Below are positions 17,981 through 30,363 of a stretch of 64,000 nt of DNA, in pieces (positions within the stretch are counted from its first letter, which is position 1; each line of letters begins with the position of its first letter). This DNA comes from an uncultured virus (IMG/VR IMGVR_UViG_3300005613_005441) (Duplodnaviria > Heunggongvirae > Uroviricota > Caudoviricetes). The notes under the pieces were generated by a model. It was not told the origin of the DNA and made no database searches. It was given only the letters and a program-made list of their open reading frames with translations. The stretch is from IMG/VR virus record IMGVR_UViG_3300005613_005441. One strand, 5' to 3'. Position numbers and translations under genes: made by a program.

Positions 17981-20296
17981 AATTTATTTTCCCAAGCTAT
18001 CTGTTCATTCAGCTTCTTGAGGTCCAGGTCGCATGCTCTGATATCACCATCACAATTACATGTGATATGACAGATGTCCAGCATGACCGTCTTAAGACAG
18101 GCCTCCCCGTCATTCTGGAAGTACCTGCATTTAGGATTACCTAGACTTTCGACGAGTAGGTCAAACTTCTCTTCTATCGTCGCCATCTCTTAACCCCATA
18201 CCAGGTTATCAGGATGCGTGGATTGGACTGTCCTGCCTTTACAATAGAGGACTTTAACTATGTTCAGCTTCTCATCAAAATCGACGATCACACCCTGTTC
18301 GCAGTCCGGATGGCCAGCATTGCCGTTGGCATGGTTAGGCACATAGGTAACCGGTTCAAGGTAGTTTGATTCTTTATTTAACTCTCGGCCTTTGATCTTC
18401 ATGTTCCTGCTCCTGTTGTCAATCCTTTTTGTTTGTTCTGTGCCGCTTCATTCAGTTCGTCGCCATACCCTTCCTTACGCATAAATGATTCAAGCCCGGG
18501 ATCGCTAAACCAATTATCCCACGCGAGTGAAATACATGGCGATGGTCCAGCTTCGCGGTCAAGTATCCCCACCCGTTCCCATGTGCCATCAATCTGCTGA
18601 CCATAGCAATCAACCACATTACCCCGATCATCTGCGCTGTACGCAGAACAAGCCGGATGAATAGGTGTTACGGTTTTTTCGCTCATTTTTTCTCTCCTTT
18701 TTTTATGTCGCAATAACGACAGATAATCGGTATTATGATAAGCTCTGTCTATTTATGGTCTACTTTTAATCCTGTAATATTGCCCAAGTATCTAAATCAC
18801 CCAATGACGGGGTTTCATCTTGGTTGAATATTTCTTTTAATCTGTTCTTGTTGTCTGCTATCTGTTTCTTTTCTTTGGCAACATCGAAACCCATTGCTTC
18901 AAGGTTGTCCAAATGTTTTTCATAATCTTTACCGCTCATGGTGTCAGTCCTCCTAATAAGACATTTGATTATGCCAAGCATTTCTATAGTGTTCTATATC
19001 TTTTTTTTAGTTCCTTGTTTTCTTCCTCCAGTTCCTTGATTTTGTCCTGTTGCTCAACACAGATGTCTACTAACATTTTTCTGGTCATCTCCATAAATTC
19101 TTCAATGGTCATTTTCTCAGATTTCATGGCAACTCCAAAAGTGTCTTTCCGTTCCTGTGCAACCAATACGGCTTCCTGTATCCATTGAGAGGCATAGTCA
19201 ATCAGGATGGCTATTATTTCTTCTTTAAGGGGTGGATTGTCGGCTTCAATTCTTTTCTTGACCACTCCCCAAACGGCATCCCGAATTTCTGCTTCCAGTT
19301 TTCTGTCTTTTGTGTCGCTCATAATATCACCTTTTGTCTTTAAGCCATCTCAATGCTCGTTCTGTAACGTCTTGGGGGCTTTCTCCGTAGATTGTAGCCT
19401 CTGCGTTGCTTGACTTTACTTTGATTTGCCAAGGTAATTCCTGATTGCCTGTTACTGAATTTGCATCATGTCGCATCCCGAATTTATAAATCATATCTCG
19501 GAGTCGTTCCAGTTCTTTGATTTCATCTTCGTTAATTGTTGTCAATGACCCGTCAGGATTTACCCGAATAAGACACGGTGACCCCTCAAGTATAGACTGG
19601 AGTTCATCTACTGTTGGCGATACAATTAAAAACCCTGTTCCGTGGCAAACATTACAACCTTCTCTATATTCTTCAGATTCAAAAGATGGTAGATGCCCAA
19701 CGCCATTACAGTTCTCACAATTTACTTTCATAATTTAGCCTCATTTCTTTAGGTTAAGGTCGCATAATAAACCGTATGTGGTGTACATGTTTATGCGACG
19801 TTACTGTTCTATGTAGAAAGCCGGCCGCAACCATCAGTCTGCCCGTTCAGCCAGCTTCTTATGTTCCGGAAATACCTTCTCCAGGCACTCCTCGCAGATA
19901 GTGTGGGAAACGCGGTCCTCCATGTGCTCGGCACATTCCTTCTGATGCAACACCCGCTTACACCAGGAACAGACCACGTCCATTACTGTTTTATCTTCTT
20001 CCATCATTTAATATAACCCTCTCTGTGATTTTACACCAGCCCATCCAGCACCTTATGCGCCTTCACCGCGCGCTGCTCCAGCTCCCCCAGCGCCTTGTAA
20101 CAGTTGTAAAGCTGGTCCCCCTCTACGACAAATTCGATGATCGTGACCACGAAATTGACTGAGAACCCCGACGGTGCCGTATAAGTGGATATTGCCCGGA
20201 TCTCTGCACCATACGGCGCAAGCACGTCCATGATCGACTGATCGGACGGCCTGGCCGTATCGGTATGTAATTTAGTCAACCCTACTGTTTTAGCCA

Positions 20297-21010
20297 TCAC
20301 CAGACCTCGTCAGCCAGTTCCAGGGCCAGACGGTTCTTCATGTCGTTCAGGCCTTTCTGGTCATCGCGCAGCTCCGCCACGATCTCGCACTGCTTCATGA
20401 GCATGTCTTCCTCTTCAGCTGCCTCCAATACTTTGTACTCAGCCCAGTAGCCCTGCCAGGTGCTGATATCCTTGTACTTGCGGCGCAGCTTCTTCATCTC
20501 CACCAGGTTCTCGACCCCGATGGTGTTCCAGATGTCGTGCCAGACGATCTCGTAATGCCTGCCTTTCGGCGGCTCCCATTCCAGCGCGTCGGCTTCGATG
20601 ATCTCCACCCGCTCGTCCTTGAACGCCGGCTTGACCAGTTTGATCACGTCCGGGGAGTTCTCGATGACAGTGATAGTCTTCATCCTCGGGCAGTCGACCG
20701 CCATCTGCAGCGCCACGCCCAGGCCCAGGCCGTTAAGCAATGCCCGGCCTCTGCAGATCCTGCACATCTCCCGGAACTGCTTGAGATCGTACAGCTCGGC
20801 AGGCGTGTTGGACATGACGACCGCCTTGCCGCACATCAGCTTCCAGTAGGCACCTGGCTTGATCGCCCGCTCGCTGCTGCCATTCATGTACATGCCCCAG
20901 TTGCACTCCCGGGCCTCTTCGGCATCGACCGTGAACCTGGAGATCCGCCAGTCACCGCTCTTGCCTTCTTTTACTTTCAGTTTTACGTTCATTTCTGAAC
21001 CCTCCTTCAA
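20297..21010 (-). CDS. SAM-dependent methyltransferase (spermidine-synthase-like fold)
   Basis: ALLNGLGLG (motif I), ITVIENSPDVI, EIIEADALEW, YEIVWHDIW. Confidence 0.75.
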   Translation of the reverse strand: MKEGSEMNVKLKVKEGKSGDWRISRFTVDAEEARECNWGMYMNGSSERAIKPGAYWKLMCGKAVVMSNTPAELYDLKQFREMCRICRGRALLNGLGLGVALQMAVDCPRMKTITVIENSPDVIKLVKPAFKDERVEIIEADALEWEPPKGRHYEIVWHDIWNTIGVENLVEMKKLRRKYKDISTWQGYWAEYKVLEAAEEEDMLMKQCEIVAELRDDQKGLNDMKNRLALELADEVW

Positions 21011-21340
21011 ATTATCGCTTCATATAGTTTTTCCGCTTTGTATGCAGCCATAGCCCTGTCATACAGCCAGTACTCGAAAGTCTCCTGGTCGCATTCACGC
21101 GGTATATTGCCGTACACCCGATAGAACCAGTACTCGTCATCGCCTTCCAACGCGTTCATCGGGCCCTCGAACGAGGTGACTGTCGCCTCGACATTGGCCA
21201 GCGCCTCTCTGACACTTTCTATTGTCAGCCGGGCATGCGAATAGAACTCAAGATGGAACTCGAGCCACGGCCTGTCAAGCAGCAGCGGGCTGTAGACCTC
21301 GCTGCGCCTGACGATCCTCAACGAGCGCTCCCGGCCTATT

Positions 21341-21925
21341 TCAGCCAGAACCACGCTCAACATTGTCTATCTCCTTGAGCAGCCTGCAGATCGGCAGGGT
21401 GACGAACCCGGTCTTTACCGATTTGCCGGTATCCTCCATGTAGCCTGCCTCGATCAGCGCCTTGAGGATGCCTTCGCCTTCACTGTAATTCTTTACCAGT
21501 ACCTCGTCCTCCTCCAGATAGCAGTCAGGAATATTGACCGTCACCACCAGCACCGGCTCTGCCGTATGCAGGTCGAGCAGCTCCAGTGCCAGCCTGTCGT
21601 TGCTCCGGTACTTATCTGCGATCAGGTGGCACGCCCCACCGCAGAACCACAGGGTATCATAGTCTTCCTGCTTACCGTTGCAGTAAACAGCAAGTATGCT
21701 GTTGCCCTTGCTGATGACCAGCACCCGTCTGGCCGGGTTGGCCTCGCTGAGCTCCGCTGCCAGCTCCATGGCTTCAGCGGCCGGCAGCTTGAATGTCTCG
21801 ATCGACGGTTTCATCAGATTACCGTCGAAGATCTCGAGACGCAGCTGTTCCTTCGAACCTTTAAGCAGGTCCGCTGCCTTTTCCTTTATCTCTTTGAGTT
21901 TGTTCATCAAAACCCTCCTTACCAT
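21341..21925 (-). CDS. Hypothetical protein with a DUF4313-like C-terminal domain
   Basis: YRSNDRLALEL...EPVLVVTVNIP...VLVKNYSEGEGILKALIEAG...TGKSVKTGFVTLPIC. Confidence 0.5.
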   Translation of the reverse strand: MVRRVLMNKLKEIKEKAADLLKGSKEQLRLEIFDGNLMKPSIETFKLPAAEAMELAAELSEANPARRVLVISKGNSILAVYCNGKQEDYDTLWFCGGACHLIADKYRSNDRLALELLDLHTAEPVLVVTVNIPDCYLEEDEVLVKNYSEGEGILKALIEAGYMEDTGKSVKTGFVTLPICRLLKEIDNVERGSG

Positions 21926-22661
21926 AATGCCCGCTCAATCCGGCGGGTAAGTTCTTTGTTACGTGTCTTACTGTCGGCACACCGCTGCTCCAGTATATAT
22001 TCAAGATATGCCCGACCCTTCTTACCGATACGCAGAATCTCCAGCATCGTCAATCCTTTGTATTTGCCGTACGGCATCTCTGTCGTCAGACAGGTATCGT
22101 CGTATTCCCGATCGACCTGATCATCTGTCTTCGAAGACATATTCACCATCCTTCCAGCACGTATCCGGTGTCAGGTCGTTCCATTGCTTTATCATCGCCA
22201 ACAGGCAGAACGTAGGCTCTTCCCGCCAGATCGTGTCCAACTCCAGCTGCGGCTTATACGTGAATCCGTATCCGCAGCTGCAGGTGATCCTATGGATACT
22301 GTAACTAAGTGTGATCACCAGGCTTTCATGCCGCCGGCATTCAGGGCACGGGTTAAGGACGCTGGGCTTAAGATTCTCGAATGCGTTATGCATCATTACC
22401 TCCTGTTTTTGCGCCGGGCCTTCCTGGCCTGTTTGGCCTTGGCACGCTGCTTCTGTTTCTGCTTCTTGCTCGGTGCCCTGCGGATTCCTCCCTTCTTGGC
22501 GGCCGGGAGCATCACCGGCTCCCTGTTCGTAAAATGACAGACCGCCGGCTTGTTGTCCGATACCGAAGTGGCTACTAATGTCTGCACCAGCGGCACGCCC
22601 TCCTCGAGCGGGGGCCCGGAGAGGACTTTGCCGTTGGCGTCGACGACCCTGCAGGTAACAT

Positions 22662-23453
22662 TCATTTCCTGTAGAACTTGATAGCACCGTTGGTCACGAA
22701 CATCCGGACCAGCTCCTTGAGGTGGTCCATCGACGGCAGGGCTTTCCCGCTCTGCCAGCAGCATATGGTCCCGCACTTCAGGCCGCCCAGGCGCCTGCCC
22801 AGTTCAGTCGGACCGTATGCCTGGTACTTCCGGATAGCCTGGACGAGCAGCCCTTCGGTGAACATCTCCGGGAAAGGCATGCGCACCCGCTTGCCTGCTA
22901 TCCGCAGCTCCGCGCGCCCCTGGTAGCCGAGAGCCTCCGCCACTTTGACCAGCGTGGTGGTGTGCGGCTTGTCCCCGTTGTTCCAGCGGACGATGCTGTG
23001 TCTGCTTACCCCTATCCTCTTCGCCAGATCACTTTTCTGCTTGATGGTGAGCGGATGCAGCATAGCATGCATCAGGGCGCCGTCAAGCACCGACTTGATG
23101 GTCAGGCTGATGTCGGCAGCGGGGGCTATGGTACGGGTGCGTCCCGACTTGGTGGGTTTGCGGACAAGCTCTTTCGTATGCTTTTCGACAGGGGTCTCCG
23201 GCGGTTCCAGCCCCGGCAGGAACTCCTCGGTCTTGCCGCTGCCGCCTGCGCAGATCAACTGCTCCAGGCGGATGATCCGGGCCTTCAGCTTGTTATGCCG
23301 ATCCTGCTGGCGTTTGTCCAGGCATACCATCGACGCGATCATCAGCACCGTGTCCTGGTGTTCCTTCTTGACATGCACGGGACACAGCTCGACGCCGCTG
23401 TCCAGGATATCTTTTGCTTCCTCGATTACTTCTTGGATGTAGTCTGTAGCCAT
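22662..23453 (-). CDS. Transcriptional regulator with two XRE-like HTH domains
   Basis: KSDLAKRIGVSRHSIVRWNNGDKP and PTELGRRLGGLKCGTICCWQSGKALPS. Confidence 0.7.
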   Translation of the reverse strand: MATDYIQEVIEEAKDILDSGVELCPVHVKKEHQDTVLMIASMVCLDKRQQDRHNKLKARIIRLEQLICAGGSGKTEEFLPGLEPPETPVEKHTKELVRKPTKSGRTRTIAPAADISLTIKSVLDGALMHAMLHPLTIKQKSDLAKRIGVSRHSIVRWNNGDKPHTTTLVKVAEALGYQGRAELRIAGKRVRMPFPEMFTEGLLVQAIRKYQAYGPTELGRRLGGLKCGTICCWQSGKALPSMDHLKELVRMFVTNGAIKFYRK

Positions 23454-26051
23454 TTAGCCACCTCCTGTAATTTTAAAATCAAGATTCTTCTTCTACTTCT
23501 TTTTCCTCGATTACAGCCGGACTTTCGAACGAATACCTGACCTGCCCGGTCGCTTCAAACTCGTGTTCGCATGCCGGACATGTCATATCAACAGGATCCC
23601 CGTCATTGAACTGCTGGTCGATCTCCTGGTCCCAGGGATCGAACATCTCTCGACATTTAGGGCAGCGCACGAATCTATCATGCTCGTAGGCATCTTTATC
23701 TTCCTTACAGCGCTTACAATCATAGCACTCACGCAGACCCGGTACACGCTCCTTCTCCCATATCCTGAAGATATGGCTGCCGCAGGTCATGCAGGTCTCG
23801 CCCGCCTGTCTCTGGGCCTCGTGATAAGCCTGCCAGTCAGTCCTGCCGTCCTCCAGCTCAAAATTCTTTATGCTGATCATCTTCCGGTCCTTTCTGCCGC
23901 GACCAACCGACTTTACGCCCGCCAACCTTCACGCCCTGCCCCGTTTTCGCTTCCGGCTTCTGCCGCTGTGCAACCCCGTCGGTGAACTCCTGGAACAGAG
24001 CGCCTCCCAGATCCTCGTTACGGGCATGCAGCTTCCAGCTGAGCGGCCCTTTAGCGGTGATCTCAAGCATCGCAAACAGCTGTGCGCCGTCGCTATTGGA
24101 AAACATCATGGTAACGACGTCCACTTCACTAGCCGCCCCTTTTGCCGCTATCAGCTCCTCCGGGGTCGAATAGGCGTTGATACCCTCCATGCCTTTGCCC
24201 TTCCACATGGTGGCCTCGACTGCGACTATCACCGCGTCGATCGTGGGCTCGCGCCCCAGGTCGTTCAGCAGCTGGTACAAGTGCTCCTTGCTGGGCAGCG
24301 GGCCGAGGGCGATCGGCATACCGTACCCGTCACCCCCGATAGGCAGCAGTGCATTCATAAAATGACCGCCCGTCTGGTAGAGGTGCTCGATCATGCCGAT
24401 CACCAGTATAATGCCTTCGATCTGCGCCTCCGGGACTTCTGTCATCGAACGCAGCTCCTTGAAGACCTTGTTGGTACTTCTTCTTATTTTCATAAACCCT
24501 CCTTAGAGTTTTTCAATAAAATCCAATAATTCCAGTTTGCGGAGATCCGGCCGTTTAATCCGCTTAAGCACTTCTTCAGGATATTTCGCAAGCGTCCGCT
24601 TATATACCCCGAACCAGGCGAGCACCTGCTCCATCCCGGAAGCCTCAAGCTCCTCGGTCTTTTCATGCAACTTGTTATTAAGGTCGTTGAATATGACAAA
24701 CGACCCGTCCTTCCGCCGGTACAGCCGATAATGCGCTCCGCGAAACTCTTCCTTAGTACCTGATCGTATGTAGAAATGCGCGACCAGCCGCATGCCTTTC
24801 GGTTTCTTTTTTATCATAATGCTTCCTCCAGGAGCAACGCCTGCAGCGCCCTCCTGTCTTCTTTCTGCAGCTTGATCCGTATGCTTTGTTTGTCGCAGAT
24901 CATCAGATCCTCGTAAGCCTCCATCCACTTTTTGAGTGATTCCAGGGCATAATCCTTACTACCGGCACGCCCACTTCTGGCTGCCCGCCACTTTATGTAA
25001 TAGCATCCCTGGTTGTTGAGACAGAGCCGGTAGAATATTTTCTCATCAGTGTTGAGGTACATGGCCACAGCATACCGACGCGTCTTTCTTTTCCTTTTCA
25101 TAACGCGTCCTCGAACTTACCGGCCATCTCCTTCCGCCAGTGCTCTCTGAGCTTTTCCCACAGCCTATAAGAATCACCGGCATAGATCCGCCCCGGCTGC
25201 TCATGATGTCCGATATAGATGATCATGTACAGCTTGTCCGGCTCTTCCGGGTACATCGGAATCTGCTCCTCCCCGTTATCGTATACCTGCTTCCGGGCAT
25301 GTTTCTCAAACCACTCCCATAGTTCTTCTTCACTGTCTATTTCTGTACCGGCACTCATAAGGACCCTCCTTAATATGGTCTGCTTTTATCGAACGGCAAC
25401 TCCGGTCTGCCGGAGGCCTGTCCCTCTTCATTGTCAAAGATGACTTCCGTCAACGCAGCTGCCTGCGCTTTCTTCTTCAGCTTATCCGGTAGCTCGATCT
25501 CCACCCGCCAGTCCTTTTCCCCGGCAGCCGCGTGTTCATATATCTCCAGGAACTGCTGCAGCCGCATACCGGTACGGTGCTTGCGGTCCGGACGATCCTT
25601 GGGATGCGCATACATCTGGGCGACAAGCTCGCCGGTCTCGCTGTCGTGCTTGAGCACCGCCTGCCCGGTAGGGCATGCGCACTTCGCCACTGTATCCATA
25701 ATCTTCTCCTGTTTGTAAAAGTGAGGGGCGGTTTTTTTAATTCCGGTGCCGCACCCTCATCCGAAACCCGCTCTAAGAAAAACTGCGGGAGGCAGGCGTC
25801 TAACCTGAATCACCTTATTCCACATCCCTAATCACAGGGGTAGTAGATGGGGAGAGCAGCGCTCCTGCACGAAAGGTTCTTGATATACCTAGCATGATAT
25901 ATCAAACCAGTTTGTCTATCCAAATTGACGACCCAACTAACCGGCGTCGAAACAACGCCACAAGAATTTTTTTTAGTTTAACACTTGCTTTATTTGCTGG
26001 TACATAGTATTGTACCTATGAACAATGTCAACATAATCGAAGGAGCCACCG

Positions 26052-28141
26052 ATGCCCAGACTCATTCCCGACGTGACCGTGCTTATCCGCCCGAAAGGCG
26101 AACGCAAGTTCCGGCGCGTCGAACTCTTCGCCAGACCTCAGGACAAAGTCGAGATCCGCATCGACGGTGACTGGCACGCTGACCGCAAGCAGCTCCCCCG
26201 GGCCAGCATACCCCAGATCATCGCCGCCAATATCGGAGACGTAGGGGAGCTGAGGATGAGTGCCCGATGAACAAAGTCGCTAAAAATAGAGCACCTGCCA
26301 TGAAATTTGAAGTAATCAATTTTGACGGAGCAGGCAGCAATGACTTTGAGATCATGTTCAAAGGGCGCAAGGTGGGTTATATCACCAAGCTCACCCGGGA
26401 TCCGGAACAGCTCCCCATCCATAACGTGATGGGCAACGGCGGCACACAGCATGTCGCCGGCAGGACGCGCTTATTGGTCGAAGGTGAACTTTCAAACATT
26501 GACCTCGGTCCCGGCCTGCTCGAAGACCTCCGTGAGGAAATCGAGTTCCTAGCGAAACTGGTCAGGAAGAATTCCAAGCTGGGTGCCGACTACCGGCGCT
26601 GGAAGCAAGCCAAAGAATTGGTTGAAGCACTGGAGGGATTCTGATGCACGGACTCGATACATACACGATCGGCGGCCACGTCAAGCAGGAACTCAGAAGC
26701 GCTATCCAGTTCAGCAGCCTGCTGCCGGCTCCTGTATCCACCGACGACCACATGCTGCATACCGCCATAACCAACATAGTCGATAATCTTAACGACGGTG
26801 CCCTTGGGCAGATGTTCAAAGACATCCATGAGAAAGTCTTCAAAGAAGAAGAGCAGGAGCTGACCAACCTGCGCAGCGAACTGGAGTTGGTAAAGCAGTT
26901 CCAATACAATGTAGAAAGAGTCCTGAAGCATAATCCGGAACTCGAAGAAAAAGCCCGCCGGGCGGAGCAGGCCGATGAATTCGTCAAAGGCCTGGACAAG
27001 ATCGAACCGGAACAAAAGGAGCAATCATGATAGAAGTGAAAGGCAAGGACCCCAAGAACACCCTGATCGTCGACGCGCATCGGCTGAGCCTGATAAAATC
27101 AGCGAAGAAATGTATCGCCAATGTCGGCGGGCAGCAGGTGTTCGAGATCACCCCCGAAGAATACAGCAGGCTGCGCAGCGCGCTGAACGTCGACCAGGAG
27201 ATGACTATCTTCGAGGCCGACTTCTCCGGGACCGATACCTGCGACCAGTTCGTCAGGAACCTCGTGGAAACGATAGCCATCGACAAATCCATGAACGAGG
27301 ACACTGTCGCCAGGCACATGGGCGAATCACTGTTCAGGCAGTACATCGATACACTTTATGATGAGCAACTGGCCGAGATGCCTGCCGGAGAAGGGCCAGG
27401 CGTCCCTGCAGGGCCCGACGGCGAGCCGCTCTCCCTTAAGGAGATGCTCGGCCAGATGGGACTGCCCCCGGCCAACCTGGATGACCCCGGCGAACTGAAG
27501 ACCACCGTCCAAGGTTTCCTCAAGGCCATGCACGAACTAAGCGGCAAGGACTACGAGGAAGTGGCCCAGCTGGTGATGAAACAGCTGATCGGCATGTTCC
27601 AGGAAGCGGAACAGGCCGGTGAACCGGAACCTTCGCTCGGCTTCGATAAGGAAAAACAACCCGATGACTAGGATCGTCATCACCGTCGTAGATAAGAATA
27701 AACAGCAGTACAGCCTGGGCTATACTGACAAAGGCGGTACCCACGGCAAAACTGTCAACGGTACCGGCAAGATGATCAAGCAAGTTGAAAAACTTCTTAA
27801 CCAAATAAAGGAGAAAAAAGATGGAAAGGCCTAACCAGGACGACTTCGTCCAGATCACCAGCATCAACGCCGGCGAGATCGTCATCCGAATCAGACAGAT
27901 CCACGAGATGAATGCCGCCCGAGGCGGTAAACCTCCCGAGCTGTTCTTCCGGAACCCGCAGGACCCCGGCTACATCGCAGAGCTGAAACAGACCGCGATA
28001 GTTCTTAGCGAACAGGAATACGCACGTATCAAGGCAGTCCTGCTCGGACAGCAGATACCCACCCAACCTCAACTCGCCATGATGCCGCCTCCGCCAGCAC
28101 CTCCACCGGCGCCGGAGACGAAAGGCAAGAAAGGCGATTAA
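26052..28141 (+). other. Plus-strand operon of 6 hypothetical genes
   Basis: Overlapping ORFs 26052-26270, 26267-26644, 26644-27030, 27027-27671, ~27664-27834 and 27821-28141, most with clear RBSs, after a divergent intergenic region. Confidence 0.65.
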
Positions 28142-28166
28142 GGGAACCCTGGAAACAGGGCAATAG

Positions 28167-28207
28167 AAAAGGCCGAGCACCCCACCCGGTGTTCGGCCTT
28201 CTTTTTG
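28167..28207. terminator. Bidirectional intrinsic terminator between convergent units
   Basis: AAAAGGCCGAGCACC-CCACCC-GGTGTTCGGCCTTCTTTTT. Confidence 0.7.
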
Positions 28208-28216
28208 CTTTGAGAC

Positions 28217-28375
28217 CTACGCTGGAACTGCTGCTCTTTCGCGGGGCATCGGATCAGACTTGAAAGTCTTGCGATCCTTGAATTCCTCTTTCTTGCCCTT
28301 GTTCCAGTTTCTGACTGGGCGATGATACCCGCAGACCCGACTGTAGATCTCGGTCTCTGCTCCACACTTTGCCAT
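28217..28375 (-). CDS. Stand-alone small protein matching the C-terminal segment of anaerobic ribonucleotide reductase NrdD
   Basis: TEIYSRVCGYHRPVRNWNKGKKEEFKDRKTF (RVCGY glycyl-radical motif); GAGGAG RBS before MAKCG. Confidence 0.75.
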   Translation of the reverse strand: MAKCGAETEIYSRVCGYHRPVRNWNKGKKEEFKDRKTFKSDPMPRERAAVPA

Positions 28376-28739
28376 AGCGCTCTCCTCGTTAGCATCTATG
28401 TCTGGGCGACCTACAAGGCACAGAAATCTCCCGTTCATGCGGTGGTTCATTTGCGTGAGATATCTCTCCTCATACCTCGATGATTAATATACACCCGCAA
28501 CCGAAATTTTGGTAGAGGAGTGCAAGCACCTGAAGCAATAAAATCATGAAAAAGTGCCGCAATGCCGCCGCTTCCTTGCGCATCTGAAAGCAAACGGCAC
28601 TGCGGCTCGTCTCAAGTCCGGTACCAGACCTGTTTACCCAGCCTTACGACCGGTCCCAGTCGACCCGCTGCACACTACGGACGTCCTTTGCAGCGCTGGT
28701 TGAGGGATACTGTCCCCCGCGTAAAAACCGGAAATTATC

Positions 28740-29696
28740 TTAACCTCTCCTCGACGACAGAGCCGTGCGGGTTTTCGCGGCTGCATTGCTGCATTTACGG
28801 CTGAGCCCGCAGAGAGAATTGAGGATCTGATTATGAGCACCCTCTCTTCGTCCGCCAGCTATCTCTCCTTGGGTGTAAGCCACCAGCGAGGGGACCCACG
28901 TTTGAGACATATAAGATAAGTGGTCTTTGACCATCTCTCCGGCATTTCTTACTGTATGGTTTGCCTGGGCGCACATATAACAGCCCCGCAGTAGATCCGC
29001 CAACCGTTCGATAGTGAACCGATGCGGATAGTAGTTAAGCCGCACCAGATCCTCACCGGCCATCAGCAGGTACGCCATCCTGCCATGCCAGCATTTGTGT
29101 TTCGACCATTCATACAGCCCCAGGATTATCACCGCCAGATCGCAGCGCAGCTGCCTCGGCCCCAGCGGCGTTATCTTACGGGGTCTGACCTTCTTAGGCC
29201 TGTTCTTCCGCCGGTTCTTGATCGTAGTACGGATACGCTTCGCACCCTTTTCATCGAAGATGAATTCAAAGGGCTCGTCAAGTTTCTTACGCCTGCCGGC
29301 ATATTGGCCGATAGCGTAGCAGTACTTGACAGCAGTCTCTTTGAACAAATTACGGATGTCATTCTCAGTCATACAGAACCGGGCAATCGGTTTGCGCCGC
29401 AGCCAGCTCACCAAGGCCTCCTTATCCGGTGGCTTGAGCAACGGTGTCTCCCGCGGAACATAACCGCAGAACTGGTCTTTTCCGTTCCGCTGCCACTTAT
29501 CATTAATATTACGATACATCTCTGCCCAGCCGGGCATACCCTGGGCTAACCGGCTGTTGAGCTGCACCACCATATCCGAGACTTCCGCCCCGAATATGAC
29601 CCCGATCGACCGGGCTATCTCTCCGGAGTCTTCACTCCAGATCCAGACATCCCGGCCATCATCAGCCATTACTTGGATCAGGGCGCGTTCCATCAC
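28740..29696 (-). CDS. Hypothetical protein
   Basis: 318 aa ORF coupled to its upstream neighbour. Confidence 0.55.
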   Translation of the reverse strand: MMERALIQVMADDGRDVWIWSEDSGEIARSIGVIFGAEVSDMVVQLNSRLAQGMPGWAEMYRNINDKWQRNGKDQFCGYVPRETPLLKPPDKEALVSWLRRKPIARFCMTENDIRNLFKETAVKYCYAIGQYAGRRKKLDEPFEFIFDEKGAKRIRTTIKNRRKNRPKKVRPRKITPLGPRQLRCDLAVIILGLYEWSKHKCWHGRMAYLLMAGEDLVRLNYYPHRFTIERLADLLRGCYMCAQANHTVRNAGEMVKDHLSYMSQTWVPSLVAYTQGEIAGGRREGAHNQILNSLCGLSRKCSNAAAKTRTALSSRRG

Positions 29697-30352
29697 AGCA
29701 CCCCGTAGGCTTCGAGCTCCTTCTGGACATCGATGTTGTCGAGGACATCGAGGATCTTCTTGCCTTCGTCGGTAGTACTCAGCACTGACTCGGCCAGTTC
29801 GGTCTCGATGATCATCTTGATGAACGGGCTGTCGGCTTCCGCCTTGCGCAGTACCGCTGCCTGGCGCTCAAGTTCCTTGATCTTGCCCTCTTCCGCTTTG
29901 ACCTTGCGGTCCAGCGTCAGTACTGCCGCCGAAGCCCTGACCTTGAAATGGCCGGTCAGCTCGTCACGATAATAGGTATGACGCATTTCTGTGCCTTTCG
30001 GGCGGCCGATAGCATAGTCAATAGCGACTTTCTTCTCCTCGGCTTGCAGCACTCCGGAATGGGCCACAATAAACCCCAGGGGCTTGAGGGCCTTCTTGGC
30101 CGCTGCCAGTTTCTTGGACGCTTCCGCTCTTATGAAACTCTCCAGCTTGATGTCCAGCTCCTTCCGAAAACCGTCAGCGGTGTTCTTACAGGCATCGGCC
30201 TTCTTGAGCAGTTCGACCCGCTCGGCCCGCACCTTCCGCATGATCTTGACCGCCTTGATGCTCGACATCTCCCCCATGCCGATCGAGATGTCGCCTTTGC
30301 ATTCCATCTTCGGCTGCGGGACCAGTTCGCACTTCTTGCTTTTTCCTACCAT
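29693..30352 (-). CDS. Hypothetical coiled-coil protein
   Basis: AAGGAG RBS before MVGKSKK; Lys/Ala/Glu-rich. Confidence 0.55.
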   Translation of the reverse strand: MVGKSKKCELVPQPKMECKGDISIGMGEMSSIKAVKIMRKVRAERVELLKKADACKNTADGFRKELDIKLESFIRAEASKKLAAAKKALKPLGFIVAHSGVLQAEEKKVAIDYAIGRPKGTEMRHTYYRDELTGHFKVRASAAVLTLDRKVKAEEGKIKELERQAAVLRKAEADSPFIKMIIETELAESVLSTTDEGKKILDVLDNIDVQKELEAYGVL

Positions 30353-30363
30353 TTTACTTCTCC

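Noticed and set aside
28380..28740. Cobalamin riboswitch upstream of the NrdD-like ORF
   Set aside because: I could not find the B12-box or other conserved core motifs by eye.
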